Origin: an uncultured Bdellovibrionales bacterium
GTDB taxonomy: Bacteria; Patescibacteriota; Minisyncoccia; Moranbacterales; UBA2206
Direction: 5' to 3'
Length of the DNA: 64,000 nucleotides
Assembly (NCBI GenBank): GCA_964406815.1
Contig: CAYOTC010000001.1
Span: 70-64,069, forward strand
The translations under genes and the position numbers were made by a program. The notes under the pieces are model-generated. The model was not told the DNA's origin, did no database searches, and worked only from the letters and a program-made list of their open reading frames with translations. Position 1 is the stretch's first letter; every line of letters begins with the position of its first letter. This document shows positions 38,292 to 48,653 of this stretch, piece by piece.

Positions 38292-40592
38292 ATGTCTAAG
38301 CATGAATATTCAAAAGAAGTTTGTGATAAGCTTTTTAAGATAGCTAATAATCCGATTTTAAAAATAGGTTATCGGCGCACTCGTTATGAATCCGGAGATA
38401 AACTAAATGTTGAAATTGAGAGTGTTTTTCCAGCGGTTAGGGGGCTGGCAATTTTTGGGGTTGAAAAATTTATAGGCGGAGGTTTCGCGGGACAAGTTTA
38501 TCGCTGTCGATTGGAAAAATTGGAAATTTCAGGAGAAAAATATATTAAGGAACTTGAATTGGGTAAGTTATACGCGATAAAAATAAATGTTCCACCTTCC
38601 GGATTTTCTTTATGGTTTAGAAATGTTATCTATTGGATTGCCTTTCAGGGACCTTTTGGCGCCCAGCATAATTTAGGCGCTTGCAGATCAGGACTTCTTT
38701 TGCAAAAACTTATCCGTCGCGGAGCAAAATTAAAATTCGGGAGAGAAACTGCCGTTAAGGATGCGATAGCGTCTTTTTATGATCCGCAAATTGGTTCTTA
38801 TGGTGAAATAACAGAGTGGATTGAAGGTCGGATGTGGCTTCTTGAAACTGACTGGGAAATGAAAGGTCGTAAGGAGTGGAAAACAATTCAACTCGATCAG
38901 ACAGGTAGCCCGGAATATATTGCTAAGAGACGTTTTATGTCGGAAATGAAAAATCTTCTTCATGAAATGGGTGCAATTGAGCTTGCAAGACAATATGAAT
39001 GGTGGACGATGAAGAGTCAAACCAACTCTATAAAACGCACGGATATTTTGGATTCTTTCGGTCCTGGTAATGGCCTCTGCGCGATTGATTTTCGCTCAGG
39101 ATTGGCTCTTTTGCCATTTTTTCCAATGAGTCCTGTTGATTTCAAATTGATTTTTGAAGGATTAGTTCGAGGATCAATCGTTCAATTTGACCGTTGTGAT
39201 ACACGTAAAATGCGTGAATTTTTTGAAAAAAATTATTCTAATTTTTCCGATCTTCAGCCGGCAATTGAAGAATTCTTCAGACAAAATGAATTTTATAGAA
39301 GATCTGTTCCTGATATTGCTCATCAAGGAACGAGACTATTTTACGATTCAGGACTCAGAAATGATGTTAAAAATGGTCTTATTGGTGGTTATTTTTCAAA
39401 AAATATTATTGATAATAATTTTTTTGAAAGTTTGAAAAATGATAAATTTAGATTTTTTGTTTTTTATCTTCTTGGTATTTTTCCTATAGTAGGGAAATTT
39501 ATCAGGAAAATTTGGGGCAATCGTATTTATCGGGAACATTTTCTGAAGATATTTTCATCTTCTAGCTATATAAATATTTTTCTTAAATCTCATGTTGCTG
39601 GAAGACTGATTGATTGGTATCGCGCAGGAAGAATTGATGAAAGGCATATCGAATTTCTTTTAAGATTTCCTTTTTTCTTTACCGTTGAAAGAATTATGTT
39701 GGGTTTTCTTCCTTCTTCCTTACATATTATTTTTATAAGGCCTCTAAAAATATGGCACAAAATTAGAAATTGGCTTATCTTTATTAAGAAATTTATTAAT
39801 ATTTCTGAATTTCGTGAAAAATGGTTTCTTAATGAAATAGAACTTGGCAAAAGAGATGGAATGATTACGGAAAAAGAATTTTTAAAACTTAAAAATTCAA
39901 TCAGAGATCCTTTTGTTGTAAACTACCTCAGATGTCTCGGGATTCACTTTTCATCGGTTATAATAACCAGGCTTGTTGGGATTTCAGCTGGATTATTTTT
40001 GTCTGCCTGGGTTCTTTTTGATGGTCACTCTTGGGCCGAATCATTGACAGTTTTTGGCCTCACTTTGATATTTTTTCAGTTGATTCCAATTTCTCCAGGG
40101 TCGTTGTTTCGTGGGGGATTTGTCATATATATGATGATAAAAGAGAAGAATATCAAAAATTATATAATAGCTGCTCCGGTTTCTTTTTTGAAATATGTTG
40201 GATATCTGGCGTTTCCTCTTCAGATGGTGGCTTCTTATCCACACCTGGCGCGATTTATGGCGAGCCGATGGTCTACTAATATAGCTCATCATATTCCGGT
40301 TTTTGGCGAGAAGGGAGCGCTTCTGGAACATTGGGTTTTTGATATTTTCTTTAATTATCCTCAGAAAATTTTCAGATGGTTGAAATTCCGCATACATTTT
40401 GTGCTTGATGGATGGATGATTTTCGGTTTTGGAATTATAACTTCGCTATTTTATTTTTGGCCACTGAAAATTTTTGATCCAAAGATTTATATAAACATCA
40501 TCCTTTTTTTAATAGTTATTTTTATTTTTCCAAGAATAGTTTTTTATCCAATAATTAAAAAAAGAATTGAAGAGGAAAATCCAGTTCGCTAA
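38292..40592 (+). CDS. Fusion protein: N-terminal atypical protein-kinase-like domain (ABC1/UbiB-like, divergent) plus a C-terminal polytopic membrane domain (8 or more predicted TM helices).
   Basis: Gly-rich loop GGGFAGQVYRC with ...YAIKI (VAIK-like). DSFGPGNG...CAIDFRSG resembles the HADPHPGN...IDFG catalytic/DFG segments of UbiB-family kinases. Hydrophobic C-terminal half. Confidence 0.45.
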   Translation: MSKHEYSKEVCDKLFKIANNPILKIGYRRTRYESGDKLNVEIESVFPAVRGLAIFGVEKFIGGGFAGQVYRCRLEKLEISGEKYIKELELGKLYAIKINVPPSGFSLWFRNVIYWIAFQGPFGAQHNLGACRSGLLLQKLIRRGAKLKFGRETAVKDAIASFYDPQIGSYGEITEWIEGRMWLLETDWEMKGRKEWKTIQLDQTGSPEYIAKRRFMSEMKNLLHEMGAIELARQYEWWTMKSQTNSIKRTDILDSFGPGNGLCAIDFRSGLALLPFFPMSPVDFKLIFEGLVRGSIVQFDRCDTRKMREFFEKNYSNFSDLQPAIEEFFRQNEFYRRSVPDIAHQGTRLFYDSGLRNDVKNGLIGGYFSKNIIDNNFFESLKNDKFRFFVFYLLGIFPIVGKFIRKIWGNRIYREHFLKIFSSSSYINIFLKSHVAGRLIDWYRAGRIDERHIEFLLRFPFFFTVERIMLGFLPSSLHIIFIRPLKIWHKIRNWLIFIKKFINISEFREKWFLNEIELGKRDGMITEKEFLKLKNSIRDPFVVNYLRCLGIHFSSVIITRLVGISAGLFLSAWVLFDGHSWAESLTVFGLTLIFFQLIPISPGSLFRGGFVIYMMIKEKNIKNYIIAAPVSFLKYVGYLAFPLQMVASYPHLARFMASRWSTNIAHHIPVFGEKGALLEHWVFDIFFNYPQKIFRWLKFRIHFVLDGWMIFGFGIITSLFYFWPLKIFDPKIYINIILFLIVIFIFPRIVFYPIIKKRIEEENPVR

Positions 40593-40804
40593 TACTTTAT
40601 TAATCATTGATTTTTAGTTTTTGAAAATATCTAAAGTTTTATAATTTTGGGCGATTTGCAGCTAGCTGCAAATCGCTCGTTTATTTATCCGAGAAAATTG
40701 ACAAATAAGGAAAATTGATATAGTATGCAATGTTGTTATTTGACAACAAAATAAAGCCAAAAAGTGGCTTAAAATTAACCTAAAAAACGAAAGGAGCGAG
40801 GATT

Positions 40805-41995
40805 ATGGAAAAGATCGAAAGATTTTTATCAGATTATTCCTGGCTTCTTAAGTCGGGGATATGGCTGGCGCTTGTCCTTTGGGCGGCACAGTTCAGTTGG
40901 GTAATTTCTGAGATTTATAAAGAGGAGAGCTGGAAGGTTGAAAGGAAACTCGAATTGGAAGAAAAATTTTCCATAGAGTATCACAAAATTTATAAAAGAT
41001 TACTGAAGGAAGCTAAAGCTAAGGGAGAGTTTTATGGTCCCAAGGATTACTTTGATGACTATAAGGAAATAAAAATCCTGCAGAATGAAATCGGAATCGA
41101 ATATGATTCTGAACCGTTTATGCTTTCAGATATTGGGGAATTGAATTTGCTGATGAGGGGAAATATAGGAGAAGGCAGAAAATACTCTTGGGATGATGTT
41201 TCAAGCGAATCTAGAAAACTTCATGAATGGTTGAATCGTGGCGGAGCAGCAGGGGATGAATTTTATGCCGATTTGGATAAATTACCCTGGAGTTATAAAC
41301 TTGGAAAAATTTGGAGTTGGTTCTCTTCTTTGTATTGCCGAGGATTTTTTCTGGTGATATTTTTGTATCTTATCAGGATGTCTGAACGGGAAGGAGTTCT
41401 AAGAATATTTTTTTCTGAAAAGAAAAGGTTCTTCCTTGCGATTATTCTTTGGCCGGTAATGGTCTTTAAATATCCCTTTAATATTTTTAGGGAAATAATT
41501 ACTGAAGCTGAATACCGGAGAAGAAAAGAAAAACTCTTCTCTTTCCTCAGTGGTGAAGAAAAAAGACTGATTCGGGAAGTTTCAAGAAATTGTTTATTCA
41601 AAAAGCAGCAATTTGGTTTCTTTGAATTAAAGCCAGTCCATTCTTTTGCGGGAGCTTTAGTTGTAACTTTGTTTTTTGCAGTATTGCCTTATTCGAACAA
41701 GGTGGAAGCCAGGCCTCTTTATGATTGCAATCAAATTTCTGTTTCTCATGAGGAATTCAGTGATCATCTCGCAAGGATGGAAATTGATGAAGATGATGAA
41801 TTGTCATCTTCCTTCGGAGGATTTTCAGTGGATTGTTTAGTAGGAACATTTATTCAGGAATATTTTCCGCTAGTTGCAAGGTTCTTCTGTTTAATGCGGA
41901 AGTTTCATTTGCAGGAAGTCTTCCGAAAAATTGCACATATCCCGCTTTATGGCTGTTTAAATTTAGTGTCTAATTATTATGAATGCACAATTTAA
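40805..41995 (+). CDS. Hypothetical membrane protein.
   Basis: TM segments (GIWLALVLWAAQFSWVI; FFLVIFLYLI; FLAIILWPVMVF; ALVVTLFFAVL). No motif. Confidence 0.35.
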   Translation: MEKIERFLSDYSWLLKSGIWLALVLWAAQFSWVISEIYKEESWKVERKLELEEKFSIEYHKIYKRLLKEAKAKGEFYGPKDYFDDYKEIKILQNEIGIEYDSEPFMLSDIGELNLLMRGNIGEGRKYSWDDVSSESRKLHEWLNRGGAAGDEFYADLDKLPWSYKLGKIWSWFSSLYCRGFFLVIFLYLIRMSEREGVLRIFFSEKKRFFLAIILWPVMVFKYPFNIFREIITEAEYRRRKEKLFSFLSGEEKRLIREVSRNCLFKKQQFGFFELKPVHSFAGALVVTLFFAVLPYSNKVEARPLYDCNQISVSHEEFSDHLARMEIDEDDELSSSFGGFSVDCLVGTFIQEYFPLVARFFCLMRKFHLQEVFRKIAHIPLYGCLNLVSNYYECTI

Positions 41996-42041
41996 ATAGC
42001 CGAAGAAAAAAAGCTTTTCTCCGGCATTAAAGGAGAAAAAT

Positions 42042-42686
42042 ATGCGCAAATTAATTATTGTAGTAGTATTATTATTAACTATTATTATAACTGTCTCAGT
42101 TTCAGCAGAAGACAAAAAAATTTCCACCACTATCAACCTGAAAAATGACTGGGGTGATGCTTCAGGAAAAACGGTTGATACCCAAAGAGCCTTCATCTTC
42201 TGGAACTATAAGGATGTTGGCGGAGGCGGGATAGATATGGCTATAACACGAAGGAAGGATTATTTTCAAGTCGATCCGTTTCTGACATTCAATCGAGGAT
42301 CGTGGTATTTCGTTGGCGGAGCGTCCGTTGATAATTTTTCCCAGTATATCCAAGGCGGTTTCTGGTATATGAATTCTATTGGAAAAACATTTGTTTTTGC
42401 TGATATCAGAAATTATTTTGCCACCGGGGGAAATGCCAAAGATTATGTTGAAGGATTTTTTGAAGTAACGCATCCAATTGGAAAACGTTTTTTTATGGGA
42501 GCCGATTTGGATTATGTTCTTTGGTGGGAGGGAAGTCACAAGTGGCTTCTTGTAGGGCCGATCATTGGCATGAAGTTCAATAAGAATATTTCATTTTATA
42601 CGAGAATTTCTCGCGAGTGGAATATTATTGATGATAAATCCGACGGTTCTAACCGGTTCCGTTTAGGGATGACTATCTCGTTTTAA
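42042..42686 (+). CDS. Secreted beta-rich protein with a signal peptide and a C-terminal aromatic residue (OMP-barrel-like signature).
   Basis: Signal peptide MRKLIIVVVLLLTIIITVSVSA. Alternating hydrophobic pattern. Terminal ...RFRLGMTISF. Confidence 0.4.
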   Translation: MRKLIIVVVLLLTIIITVSVSAEDKKISTTINLKNDWGDASGKTVDTQRAFIFWNYKDVGGGGIDMAITRRKDYFQVDPFLTFNRGSWYFVGGASVDNFSQYIQGGFWYMNSIGKTFVFADIRNYFATGGNAKDYVEGFFEVTHPIGKRFFMGADLDYVLWWEGSHKWLLVGPIIGMKFNKNISFYTRISREWNIIDDKSDGSNRFRLGMTISF

Positions 42687-42793
42687 AAACGACGGGCAAC
42701 TTGTCATTAGACAAGTTGCCCGTTTTTGTATCTTTAAAAACAAAAAAATTGGCGCCGGATTTGCCATTTGGTGTATAATGAAAGCGATAAATA

Positions 42794-43714
42794 ATGATAA
42801 AAAATATGCTCGAAAAAATGGAATTTACAAAGAAAGCTGAAAAGCCTGGCGAAAAATTGGCTCGTTTTATGGAGGATATTTCCCATAAATTAAACAAAGA
42901 GATTTTCGAATATGGTGAAGAAAAGCCTCTTTTGGATAAGAATAACTCTATTAATATGGAGGCGTTCGGATATTCCGATGTCGAAGTTGACAAACAGAAA
43001 GTTTTTAACAAAGATATTGAATGGAGCGGAGCTACTGATCCGGAAATCATGGAGTTCTATGGAGGGAAATATGGAACTGTGAGCACTAGCGATGTAGTTA
43101 GGGAATTTCGCAAAAACAAGGAAAATAATCCCAGCGCCCAATTGGAAAAGGCAATCACGGGACTTTTACATAAAGTTTTAGGATCGGAATTTATGGTTAT
43201 GCGTTCATCGGACTATGATGATTATTTTTACGGAATCGATAACGTGATTGTTAACCGGGAAACTGGAGATGTGATTTGCGCTTTTGATGAGGTTCACGAT
43301 GAGAAAGATGGTAAGCGTCAGTTGAAGAAAATCAAGAAAATAAAAGATGTTGCGGGAAGAGGTGGAGCAACCTTGAAATACGGAATAACTTTTGAAAAAG
43401 ACGAGGTGACCGGAAAAAACAAGCTGGTAAAAAAATCCATCAAAAATATTCCGGTTTTCTATCTTGGACTTTCGAGCAAAGAACTTTCCGGACTTGTTTC
43501 CCGGATGGATTTTTCTTCTGGCAGTGAAGCTAATTCTTTCGAGTTGGAAATATTTGGAAATCTTGTCGAATCATTGAAAGGTCAGATTGGAATTTTGGAA
43601 AAATATGAAATTGAAGAAGGAAAAATCATCCATCATGAAGTTAAGAAAAAACTGGACAAATTCAAGATTTTATTGTCTGAATTGATTGAATCAAGGCTTA
43701 AAAAAGCCGCTTAG
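42794..43714 (+). CDS. Hypothetical protein.
   Basis: ORF only. No motif. Confidence 0.35.
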   Translation: MIKNMLEKMEFTKKAEKPGEKLARFMEDISHKLNKEIFEYGEEKPLLDKNNSINMEAFGYSDVEVDKQKVFNKDIEWSGATDPEIMEFYGGKYGTVSTSDVVREFRKNKENNPSAQLEKAITGLLHKVLGSEFMVMRSSDYDDYFYGIDNVIVNRETGDVICAFDEVHDEKDGKRQLKKIKKIKDVAGRGGATLKYGITFEKDEVTGKNKLVKKSIKNIPVFYLGLSSKELSGLVSRMDFSSGSEANSFELEIFGNLVESLKGQIGILEKYEIEEGKIIHHEVKKKLDKFKILLSELIESRLKKAA

Positions 43715-43867
43715 TCGAGGTATTCCGATAAAATTCAAAAATTGATATTTTATAGTCCGGTTCTTGACAGCTTTTTTACCTTAGTGTAGACTTAACTAGT
43801 AATTTATTTGAAATAAATTTGGGGCGATTAATAAGCCTCGAATTTTTATTACTAAACAGGAAATTTT

Positions 43868-44260
43868 ATGCTGGCAATAAGACTTGCAAGAGTAGGAAAA
43901 AGGAATAAAGCTCAATTCAAAATAACGCTTCAGGAGAAAACAGTTGCTCCTGGGGGACGTCATGTTGAGATTTTGGGGTCATATGACCCTCATTCTAAGC
44001 AGGTAGTTCTCAAAGAAGATAGAATTAAATATTGGATTTCTAAAGGAGCGGAAGTTTCCGATACAGTTAACAATATTTTGGTTGGAAAGCAGGTTATTTC
44101 CGGAGAAAAAATAAAGGTTAAGGTTCCCAAGAAAAAAGTTGAGGAAGTGAAGGAGGAAGCAAAGCCTGAAGGCGAAGTCTTAAAAGAGGAAGCTAAGAAA
44201 GAAGAAAAAATTGAAGAGAAAAAAGAAGAAGTGAAGCCGGAAAAAGAGGATAAGAAATAG
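43868..44260 (+). CDS. rpsP: Ribosomal protein S16 with a K/E-rich C-terminal extension.
   Basis: MLAIRLARVGKRNKAQFKITLQEKTVAPGGRHVEILGSYDP...WISKGAEVSDTV. Confidence 0.85.
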   Translation: MLAIRLARVGKRNKAQFKITLQEKTVAPGGRHVEILGSYDPHSKQVVLKEDRIKYWISKGAEVSDTVNNILVGKQVISGEKIKVKVPKKKVEEVKEEAKPEGEVLKEEAKKEEKIEEKKEEVKPEKEDKK

Positions 44261-44283
44261 TATTAAAAAAGGTCAAATATTTT

Positions 44284-44378
44284 CCGCAGATAATAGGCGT
44301 CCAAATAAGTCCTATTGAGGAAATAATAGCAAGAGATTGCGATTATTTTGTCTGCGGAAACGCAGATTTTTATTTTTT
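44284..44378 (+). promoter_or_regulatory. rplJ leader: long-range stem plus intrinsic attenuator hairpin (L10-leader-like autoregulatory element).
   Basis: CCGCAGAT...GTCTGCGG enclosing stem. Attenuator CTGCGgaaaCGCAG followed by atttttatttttt, immediately upstream of rplJ. Confidence 0.45.
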
Positions 44379-44392
44379 AACCATTAAAAAAT

Positions 44393-44914
44393 ATGCAAAC
44401 AAGACAGCAAAAAGAAATAATCGTGAAGGATTTGGCTGAAAAGCTAAAAAATTCCAAAGCGGCTGTTTTTGCCGAGTTCAAAGGATTGGCAGTCAAAGAT
44501 ATGACGGCTCTTCGCAAAGAACTTAGAAAAAATGGAGTTGACTTTAAAGTTTTAAAAAAGACTTTGATTAGTCTATCTCTGAAAGATGCCGGAATTGAAG
44601 CAAAAGATAATAATCTAGAAGGACAAATTGCCATTGCAGTGTCATCCGGAGATGAAGTGGCGGCAGCAAAAATTATAGCTGATTTTGCCAAAGCAAATGA
44701 GAATTTGAAGATTGCCGGAGGAATATTGGGAAAAAATATTCTTTCCAAGGAAGAAACGGTTGCCTTGTCAAAACTCCCTTCAAAAGAAGAACTGCTTGCA
44801 AAATTTGTCGGTTCTATCAATGCTCCCGTTTCTGGATTCGTCAACGTTTTGGCTGGGAACATTCGAAATTTTGTGCAAGTTATTAAAGCTATTTCCGATA
44901 CGAAGCAAGTTTAA
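44393..44914 (+). CDS. rplJ: Ribosomal protein L10.
   Basis: MQTRQQKEIIVKDLAEKLKNSKAAVFAEFKGLAVKDMTALRKELRKNGVDFKVLKKTL. Confidence 0.85.
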   Translation: MQTRQQKEIIVKDLAEKLKNSKAAVFAEFKGLAVKDMTALRKELRKNGVDFKVLKKTLISLSLKDAGIEAKDNNLEGQIAIAVSSGDEVAAAKIIADFAKANENLKIAGGILGKNILSKEETVALSKLPSKEELLAKFVGSINAPVSGFVNVLAGNIRNFVQVIKAISDTKQV

Positions 44915-44992
44915 TTTTTTAAATAAATTATTAATTTTAACAGGCTAAGAAAGTATTTTTAAAAAACTTATTAGCTTGCAAATCTAAAAAAT

Positions 44993-45400
44993 ATGACAGA
45001 AGAAAAGAAGGATGTACAAGTTCCAGAAAAATTCCAAAAACTTGTTTCTGAAATAGAAACTATGAGTGTTTTGGAACTTTCTGAACTCGTGAAAGTTTTG
45101 GAAGAAAAATTCGGAGTGTCAGCTGCTGCTCCAATGATGATGGCTGGTGCAACTCCAGCCGCAGCTGGTGCGGCTGCGGCCGAAGAGAAGTCTGAATTTG
45201 ATATTGAGATTGCTGAAGCGGGAGCTTCTAAGATCAATGTTATAAAAGTTGTTAGAGAAGTTACTGGACTTGGTCTTAAAGATGCGAAAGATTTAGTTGA
45301 CGGAGCTCCAAAAGTAATCAAAGAAAAAGTTGCTAAGGCTGAAGCAGAAGAAATGAAGAAAAAATTGGAAGCAGCCGGCGCTAAGGTTAATTTGAAATAA
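44993..45400 (+). CDS. rplL: Ribosomal protein L7/L12.
   Basis: Ala-rich hinge [24 protein letters not shown]-terminal [27 protein letters not shown]. Confidence 0.9.
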   Translation: MTEEKKDVQVPEKFQKLVSEIETMSVLELSELVKVLEEKFGVSAAAPMMMAGATPAAAGAAAAEEKSEFDIEIAEAGASKINVIKVVREVTGLGLKDAKDLVDGAPKVIKEKVAKAEAEEMKKKLEAAGAKVNLK

Positions 45401-45420
45401 GAGGTTTGAATTTTTCTTAA

Positions 45421-45459
45421 AAAACCTGTCCTGAAATACGGACAGGTTTTGTTTTTTTT
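45421..45459 (+). terminator. Rho-independent terminator after rplL.
   Basis: aaaACCTGTCCtgaaatacGGACAGGTtttgtttttttt. Confidence 0.7.
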
Positions 45460-45773
45460 GGAATATTTCATATTCTTTAAATGTAAAATTGATACAGGGA
45501 GAAAAAGCCTAAATAAGGGTTTCTTACTTGACTAAAATTGATAAAGCTGGTAGTATTTCCGGAACAGAAAATAATTGTTGAAAAAAAGTATGGAAATTAT
45601 CGCTAAATTAATTTTTTCCCTTATTTTAAAGGATTTATCCGTTCTTTCAGTTTGGGATTTTATTGCTCCTAAAGAAGCTGGAAATCAATTTTTTTGGCAT
45701 ATTGCCAAATCATAATTTATAAATCGCTTTTTAAGGGCGATTTTTTAGTCTATTCTATTTTAATTTCAGGCAT

Positions 45774-47204
45774 ATGATATTCGACTCATTATTCCAATGT
45801 TTCAAAAAAATTAGGACACTTAAAGAAAGCGAGCAAAAGTTCCGTGTTCTTTTTGATAATATTCCGGTGATGGCTTATGTCATTGATAAGGATCATAAAT
45901 ATATCGCCTACAATAAAGCCAGTGCGGAATTTTTTCGCGAAAATATCGGGAAAACTACCCAGGAATTAAAAGGGCTTCCTCCCGAAATAAGAGAAGTCTG
46001 GTATAGAGCGGAGGATCAAGTTATAAAATCAGGAAGACCGGCTTGGTATATTGAAAAATCAAAATCTCGCTATGATCAAGAGAGTGTGTATTATGAAAAC
46101 TGGCTGAGTCCGGTGAAAGATAAGGAGGGGAATGTCGAGATTATGATCGGAGTTTCTCATAATATAACCAATCTCAAAAAGAGATACGATATTGCCAATC
46201 AGAGAAAACAGATGCTTGAGGAACTTGTGAAAAGTCGTACGGAAGAATTGGAAAATATGAATAACAAATTGAAGCGCACATTGTCAGAATATGAAATAGT
46301 CCAAAAAGCTTTGGAAGAAAGCGAGACTAAATATCGTATGCTGGTTGAAACATTGAATGATAGCCTGATATTTAACAATGAAGATGGAATAATTACTTTC
46401 GTCAATCAAAGGACTTGTGAGATGTTGGGTTATGAAAAAAACGAATTGATTGGTAGGGAGCTGACTTCTTTGATTCATGAAGAAAGCCTGAAGGTTTTTC
46501 AACACAACATCCAACAGAAAAGCATCAAAGGTTTGAATAAGAAATATCGGGGGAAATTTTTGAAAAAAAATGGGGAGTTTGTAAATGTGATTGTTTCCCC
46601 CAAGTCCATATTAGATGAAAAAGGACGCTACAAGGGAACTCTTGGAGTTATTATGGATATAACCGAATTGAAAGAAACTGAAAATCGTTTGTTCGAACTT
46701 TATAAGCATTTAGGAACTATAAATCTTCAGATATCTGTTTTGCTTGACGTGCATAAATTCAGCAATAAGATAGCGGATCGGGAAAAAATAAATGATTATA
46801 CATTAGTTTCTGCTTTAAGTCTTTCCAACGCGGATGTGGCAGCTCTTTATAAATTTGATCAGGAAAATTTTTCTTTTAATATCATATCTTCAACTGATAG
46901 AAATGGAAAAGATGATTTTGATCTTAAAACTATTCCAGGAAAATTATCAGAAATTCAAAAACTCATAGAAAGACGCAAGATAATTCAAGGAAGTGTTATT
47001 GATGAGGAAGATGCGGTGGGAATGCTTAAAAGCAAGTTTTCCTATTTTTTGGCTTTGCCTTTGGTAAAAGGGGATAATGTCGGCGGAATGCTTATTTTGG
47101 GATATTATGGTCATCGAGAGGGAAGCATTCATGAACTTGATCTTTATGAAGCTTTTGCCGCTCAGATTTCTTTCGTGCTTTTCAACGCCGGAACTATAAG
47201 TTAA
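45774..47204 (+). CDS. PAS/GAF-domain sensor protein without an obvious output domain.
   Basis: Two PAS-like blocks (FRVLFDNIPVMAYVIDKDHKYIAYNKASAEFF; YRMLVETLNDSLIFNNEDGIITFVNQRTCEMLGY). C-terminal GAF-like region. No HisKA/HATPase motifs. Confidence 0.55.
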   Translation: MIFDSLFQCFKKIRTLKESEQKFRVLFDNIPVMAYVIDKDHKYIAYNKASAEFFRENIGKTTQELKGLPPEIREVWYRAEDQVIKSGRPAWYIEKSKSRYDQESVYYENWLSPVKDKEGNVEIMIGVSHNITNLKKRYDIANQRKQMLEELVKSRTEELENMNNKLKRTLSEYEIVQKALEESETKYRMLVETLNDSLIFNNEDGIITFVNQRTCEMLGYEKNELIGRELTSLIHEESLKVFQHNIQQKSIKGLNKKYRGKFLKKNGEFVNVIVSPKSILDEKGRYKGTLGVIMDITELKETENRLFELYKHLGTINLQISVLLDVHKFSNKIADREKINDYTLVSALSLSNADVAALYKFDQENFSFNIISSTDRNGKDDFDLKTIPGKLSEIQKLIERRKIIQGSVIDEEDAVGMLKSKFSYFLALPLVKGDNVGGMLILGYYGHREGSIHELDLYEAFAAQISFVLFNAGTIS

Positions 47205-47257
47205 ATATTTTCCTTGATCTTTATTTATAGTACAAATAATGAGAATATAATAAATTT

Positions 47258-47300
47258 AGGCTGGGACGAATCTTGATTCGAACCAGCCTGTTTTTTATAG
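47258..47300 (+). terminator. Terminator-like hairpin after the PAS gene.
   Basis: AGGCTGGgacgaatcttgattcgaaCCAGCCTgtttttt. Confidence 0.5.
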
Positions 47301-47489
47301 AAAAGATAGTTTTATTAATGTTGAGGCTCTGGGACGAAGTTGGAACTTATTTATCTCTTAGAGTTGAATAATTTTCTTGGTATATATTATGATTTCTATA
47401 TGTTTTTATTTTCTCAAAATATGGTGTAAAATAAAGAAAATAGCAATTTCTTTTAATTAAGGGGGTTTTATAAAATAAATTTAAAAAAT

Positions 47490-48197
47490 ATGGCAGATTT
47501 AAAAAAGGATATTATTGGCATCACTATCGGAATAAGATTTGGCAGATCATTTAGAATGTCTGATATATCCGGTGAAATAATTGATAATATCTTATACAGC
47601 GAAGAAACTCCATTTGGAACAGATTTTTTTCCTCAAGTTCAAGAAAATTCAAAGAGAGAGAAAACTTTATTTAATCCTAGTACCTCCGAATATCTAAGAA
47701 TCAATACCGATGATTTAATCTTGGGAATAGAGATTAACAATAATTTCGAAGAAAAATTTAATTGGCTTAAGGATGATGTTATAAAATATTTAAAAGATAT
47801 CCTTTTCCACAAATATAATATAAAAAATATCCAGAGGTTAGGTATTATCTTTTCTCATAAAATCGCTAAAAATAAAAAACTTAGCGAAGCAATAAATATA
47901 CTTACTGCAAGCAATGTATCTGATCCTGATAATATAAGCATTTCTTTTTCAAAAAAAGCTTCAACTGAGGAGGCTCTTATTAGAAAAGGTGTTAGTGATT
48001 ATAAAAATAGAATTTATAATTTTTACGATTTAAAAGAGTCACTTAGAGTGGATCTCGATTATCAATACTATTACGAACCAGCTATTGAAGATTTGCGAGA
48101 ATGTTTTACTGAAAAAATACTTGAAAATTCTAAGAAATTCCTAGAAAGTGATTTTCATAATTGGTTAAATGCATATAAAAATGAAGAAACCGAATAG
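47490..48197 (+). CDS. Hypothetical protein (AT-rich island cargo).
   Basis: SD aaGGGGGttttataaaataaatttaaaaaatATG. No motif. Confidence 0.3.
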   Translation: MADLKKDIIGITIGIRFGRSFRMSDISGEIIDNILYSEETPFGTDFFPQVQENSKREKTLFNPSTSEYLRINTDDLILGIEINNNFEEKFNWLKDDVIKYLKDILFHKYNIKNIQRLGIIFSHKIAKNKKLSEAINILTASNVSDPDNISISFSKKASTEEALIRKGVSDYKNRIYNFYDLKESLRVDLDYQYYYEPAIEDLRECFTEKILENSKKFLESDFHNWLNAYKNEETE

Positions 48198-48648
48198 ATA
48201 TAATCGGGTCGGAAAAGATTGGAACGAAAAAGAAGCTTATAAAAATTTTTTATCTTCAAAATTTTATTTAGATAAAACTGAAGAAGATTCTGTTGATATA
48301 AGCAAAACAGACGAGTCATCTTTCAATGAAGAAGAGATGAAAACTCCAAATGTTCAAAAAAAATCAAGTCGCTTAAAAGTGAAAGATTTCTTTTTAGAAA
48401 ATTTTGCTATATCAATATTTTCAGGTATACTAATAATTATTTTCGGTGGTTACGTTTATATTAATCGTGAGCAAGGAATACAGGGATCACAAATAAGCTC
48501 TTTAAAAGAAGATGTAAAAGATATTAAAGATGACATTAATAATAATGAAAAAAATCAGACTGAGATCAAAGAGAATTTTAATATTTTTAAAGCTCAAATA
48601 ACCACAGAACTAGATTTTTTAAAAAAACAATTAAATGCTAAAGAATAA
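48169..48648 (+). CDS. Hypothetical protein with one TM helix and a C-terminal coiled coil.
   Basis: TM FAISIFSGILIIIFGGYVYI. Heptad-like C-terminus. Confidence 0.3.
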   Translation: MHIKMKKPNRYNRVGKDWNEKEAYKNFLSSKFYLDKTEEDSVDISKTDESSFNEEEMKTPNVQKKSSRLKVKDFFLENFAISIFSGILIIIFGGYVYINREQGIQGSQISSLKEDVKDIKDDINNNEKNQTEIKENFNIFKAQITTELDFLKKQLNAKE

Positions 48649-48653
48649 AAAAT

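Noticed and set aside
47262-47335. GATTCGAACC (tRNA T-loop-like) and a repeated CTGGGACGAA 10-mer near the left edge of the island; considered as an attL remnant of tRNA-Gln.
   Set aside because: There is no extended similarity to the tRNA-Gln 3' region. The first copy is simply the loop of the PAS-gene terminator. The boundary of the element therefore remains undefined.
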